DNA of 24,464 nucleotides from Deltaproteobacteria bacterium (GTDB lineage Bacteria; Myxococcota; UBA727; VGSZ01): NCBI GenBank assembly GCA_043744135.1, contig JAYTVG010000281.1, positions 1 to 24,464 of the forward strand, read 5' to 3'. Shown piece by piece: positions 23,001 to 24,464 of this stretch (position 1 is its first letter; each line of letters starts with the position of its first letter). The notes under the pieces were generated by a model. It saw only the letters and a program-made list of their open reading frames with translations, ran no database searches and was not told where the DNA came from. The position numbers and the translations under genes were made by a program.

Positions 23001-23666
23001 ATGACCACCATCCACGCGTTAAAGCACGTCGCCGCGGCGGTCGCGCACGCCGAAGTCTTAGCTGACGAAGCCGGCGACCTCGGCGACACCGCGGTGTCAA
23101 ACCACTTGCGCTTGCGCGCCCGACAACTCGGTGACGAGGTGGAAAACGCCGTCGCCGCGTTCGAATTGATCGAGCCCATGAAGCTCGCGCGGTTGCGTGC
23201 GCATGCCACGCTCGACGCTGTACACAGCGAGATCACCGTGCGGCTGGCGGCACTGTTGGCACCCGAAGACTTGTCGCGGCTCACGCCAGGTGCCTACTTA
23301 GACATCGCCGAGCGCGCGCGTTTTCGCCTGCGGCGCATCAGCGACATGCCCGATCCCGCGCTTCAGCACGTGAAGGTCGATTTGCGCTGTGCCGTGCTCG
23401 CGTACGAAGACGCGGTGGACCACTACCTCGTCAGCTGCGCCGACGCGCAGGGCCGCAAGGACGCGGCCGTCATCAAAAGCCAAGCCCTGCGCGTGGAACT
23501 GGAGGGGGCCAAGGCGCGCTTGCTCGTGAAGGTTCCCGTCGACAGTGATGCGTGGCGGCGCATCAAGCGGCGCGCGGTCCGCACAAAACGCGCGCGCTGG
23601 CTCAACGAAGCGCGCGCACAACGCCTGCTCGCCGACGCTGTCGGCCCGGTTTCATCAAACGCGTAA
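23001..23666 (+). CDS. Hypothetical all-alpha protein (221 aa) with basic C-terminus
   Basis: CAGGA RBS before ATG 23001; helical periodicity; RRIKRRAVRTKRARW tail. Confidence 0.65.
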   Translation: MTTIHALKHVAAAVAHAEVLADEAGDLGDTAVSNHLRLRARQLGDEVENAVAAFELIEPMKLARLRAHATLDAVHSEITVRLAALLAPEDLSRLTPGAYLDIAERARFRLRRISDMPDPALQHVKVDLRCAVLAYEDAVDHYLVSCADAQGRKDAAVIKSQALRVELEGAKARLLVKVPVDSDAWRRIKRRAVRTKRARWLNEARAQRLLADAVGPVSSNA

Positions 23667-23829
23667 CAAATCTGCAGCCAGCCGATCCGCGCAGATGCGG
23701 GGTAAAGCACAACCGCGCACGCCGAGCGCGCGCGGTTGCGGTGGCCGCGGACGATCGGCGTACATCGGCGACAGCGCGCTGATGTTCGAACTCGCATGGG
23801 TGCGGTCGGCGCGCGGATCCGCTTGAGTG

Positions 23830-24464
23830 TCAGCTTTCGTTGATGATCGGCAAGTGGCCCGACGACGACACAACAGTGCCGGTCATTTTACGCGGGCCGA
23901 CCTCGACAAGGGCCTTTGGGCGTACGTGAGCTGGTCGATTGCGCCACGCCTCTTGCAGCTGCTGGTCGAGCAGGTGCGTTGGGCGCACGTTGCCGATCGC
24001 GTTGTGCATCACCGCACGCACGTTTGGGATGCGTTGTTCCAAGTCTAGCAACAGCGCCGCGACCTCGTCGCGCTTCAAACCGTCCTGCGATCCGCACAGG
24101 TTGCACGGCAAGATGGGGTAGGCGCGCTCGGCCGAAAACGCACGGAGGTCCGCCTCAGCGACGTCGATCAACGGTCGAATGACCTCAAGCGTGCCGTCGT
24201 CGGTGGTATAGCGCGCCGGCATCGCTTGCAGTTTCCCCGCGTACAGAAGGTTCATCAGCAACGTCTCAAGCGCGTCGTCGCGGTGGTGGCCCAGTGCGAG
24301 TTTGTTGCACCCAAGCCGCGCGGCCGCGCTGTACAAAATCCCGCGACGCAAGCGCGCACACAAAAAGCAATACGCTTGCCCCGGTTGCGTACCTTCTTTG
24401 ACGATGGCGTAGGTGTCCTCTCGCAAGATTTCAAACCGCACGCCGGTGTTTGTGAGCCACGTTT
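23830..24464 (-). CDS. ttcA: tRNA 2-thiocytidine(32) synthetase TtcA (5' truncated by window edge)
   Basis: YCFLCARLRRGILY, KLALGHHRDDALETLLMN, VIRPL, PILPCNLCGSQ; frame open to the window end. Confidence 0.95.
   Translation of the reverse strand, partial: TWLTNTGVRFEILREDTYAIVKEGTQPGQAYCFLCARLRRGILYSAAARLGCNKLALGHHRDDALETLLMNLLYAGKLQAMPARYTTDDGTLEVIRPLIDVAEADLRAFSAERAYPILPCNLCGSQDGLKRDEVAALLLDLEQRIPNVRAVMHNAIGNVRPTHLLDQQLQEAWRNRPAHVRPKALVEVGPRKMTGTVVSSSGHLPIINES

Noticed and set aside
1-24464. Mobile elements, tRNA or rRNA genes
   Set aside because: No transposase, integrase or phage genes, and no tRNA or rRNA-like sequence recognised.

Overview
GC-rich bacterial chromosomal window, probably Myxococcota-like (inference from gene content and GEGEGE-repeat lipoproteins). 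It is mostly housekeeping and envelope genes: a split biotin carboxylase/BCCP pair, MATE, GT2, dnaX, a TrmJ-family methyltransferase, a B12 radical SAM, TlpA, FmdB, a PQQ-type dehydrogenase/diheme cytochrome fusion, an OPT transporter and ttcA. The main discovery candidate is a dispersed type III secretion (T3SS) filament module with no core T3SS genes in the window. It has a YscE-like chaperone gene directly upstream of an unusually long needle-subunit (SctF)-like gene (6778-7332, minus) and an orphan inner-rod (SctI/HrpB2)-like gene 11 kb away (18736-19260, plus). Both filament genes are preceded by the same bipartite motif, GCGCAACGC-N13-GCGATAA, with sigma28-like spacing. Family assignments are by motif recognition from memory; no database searches were run.
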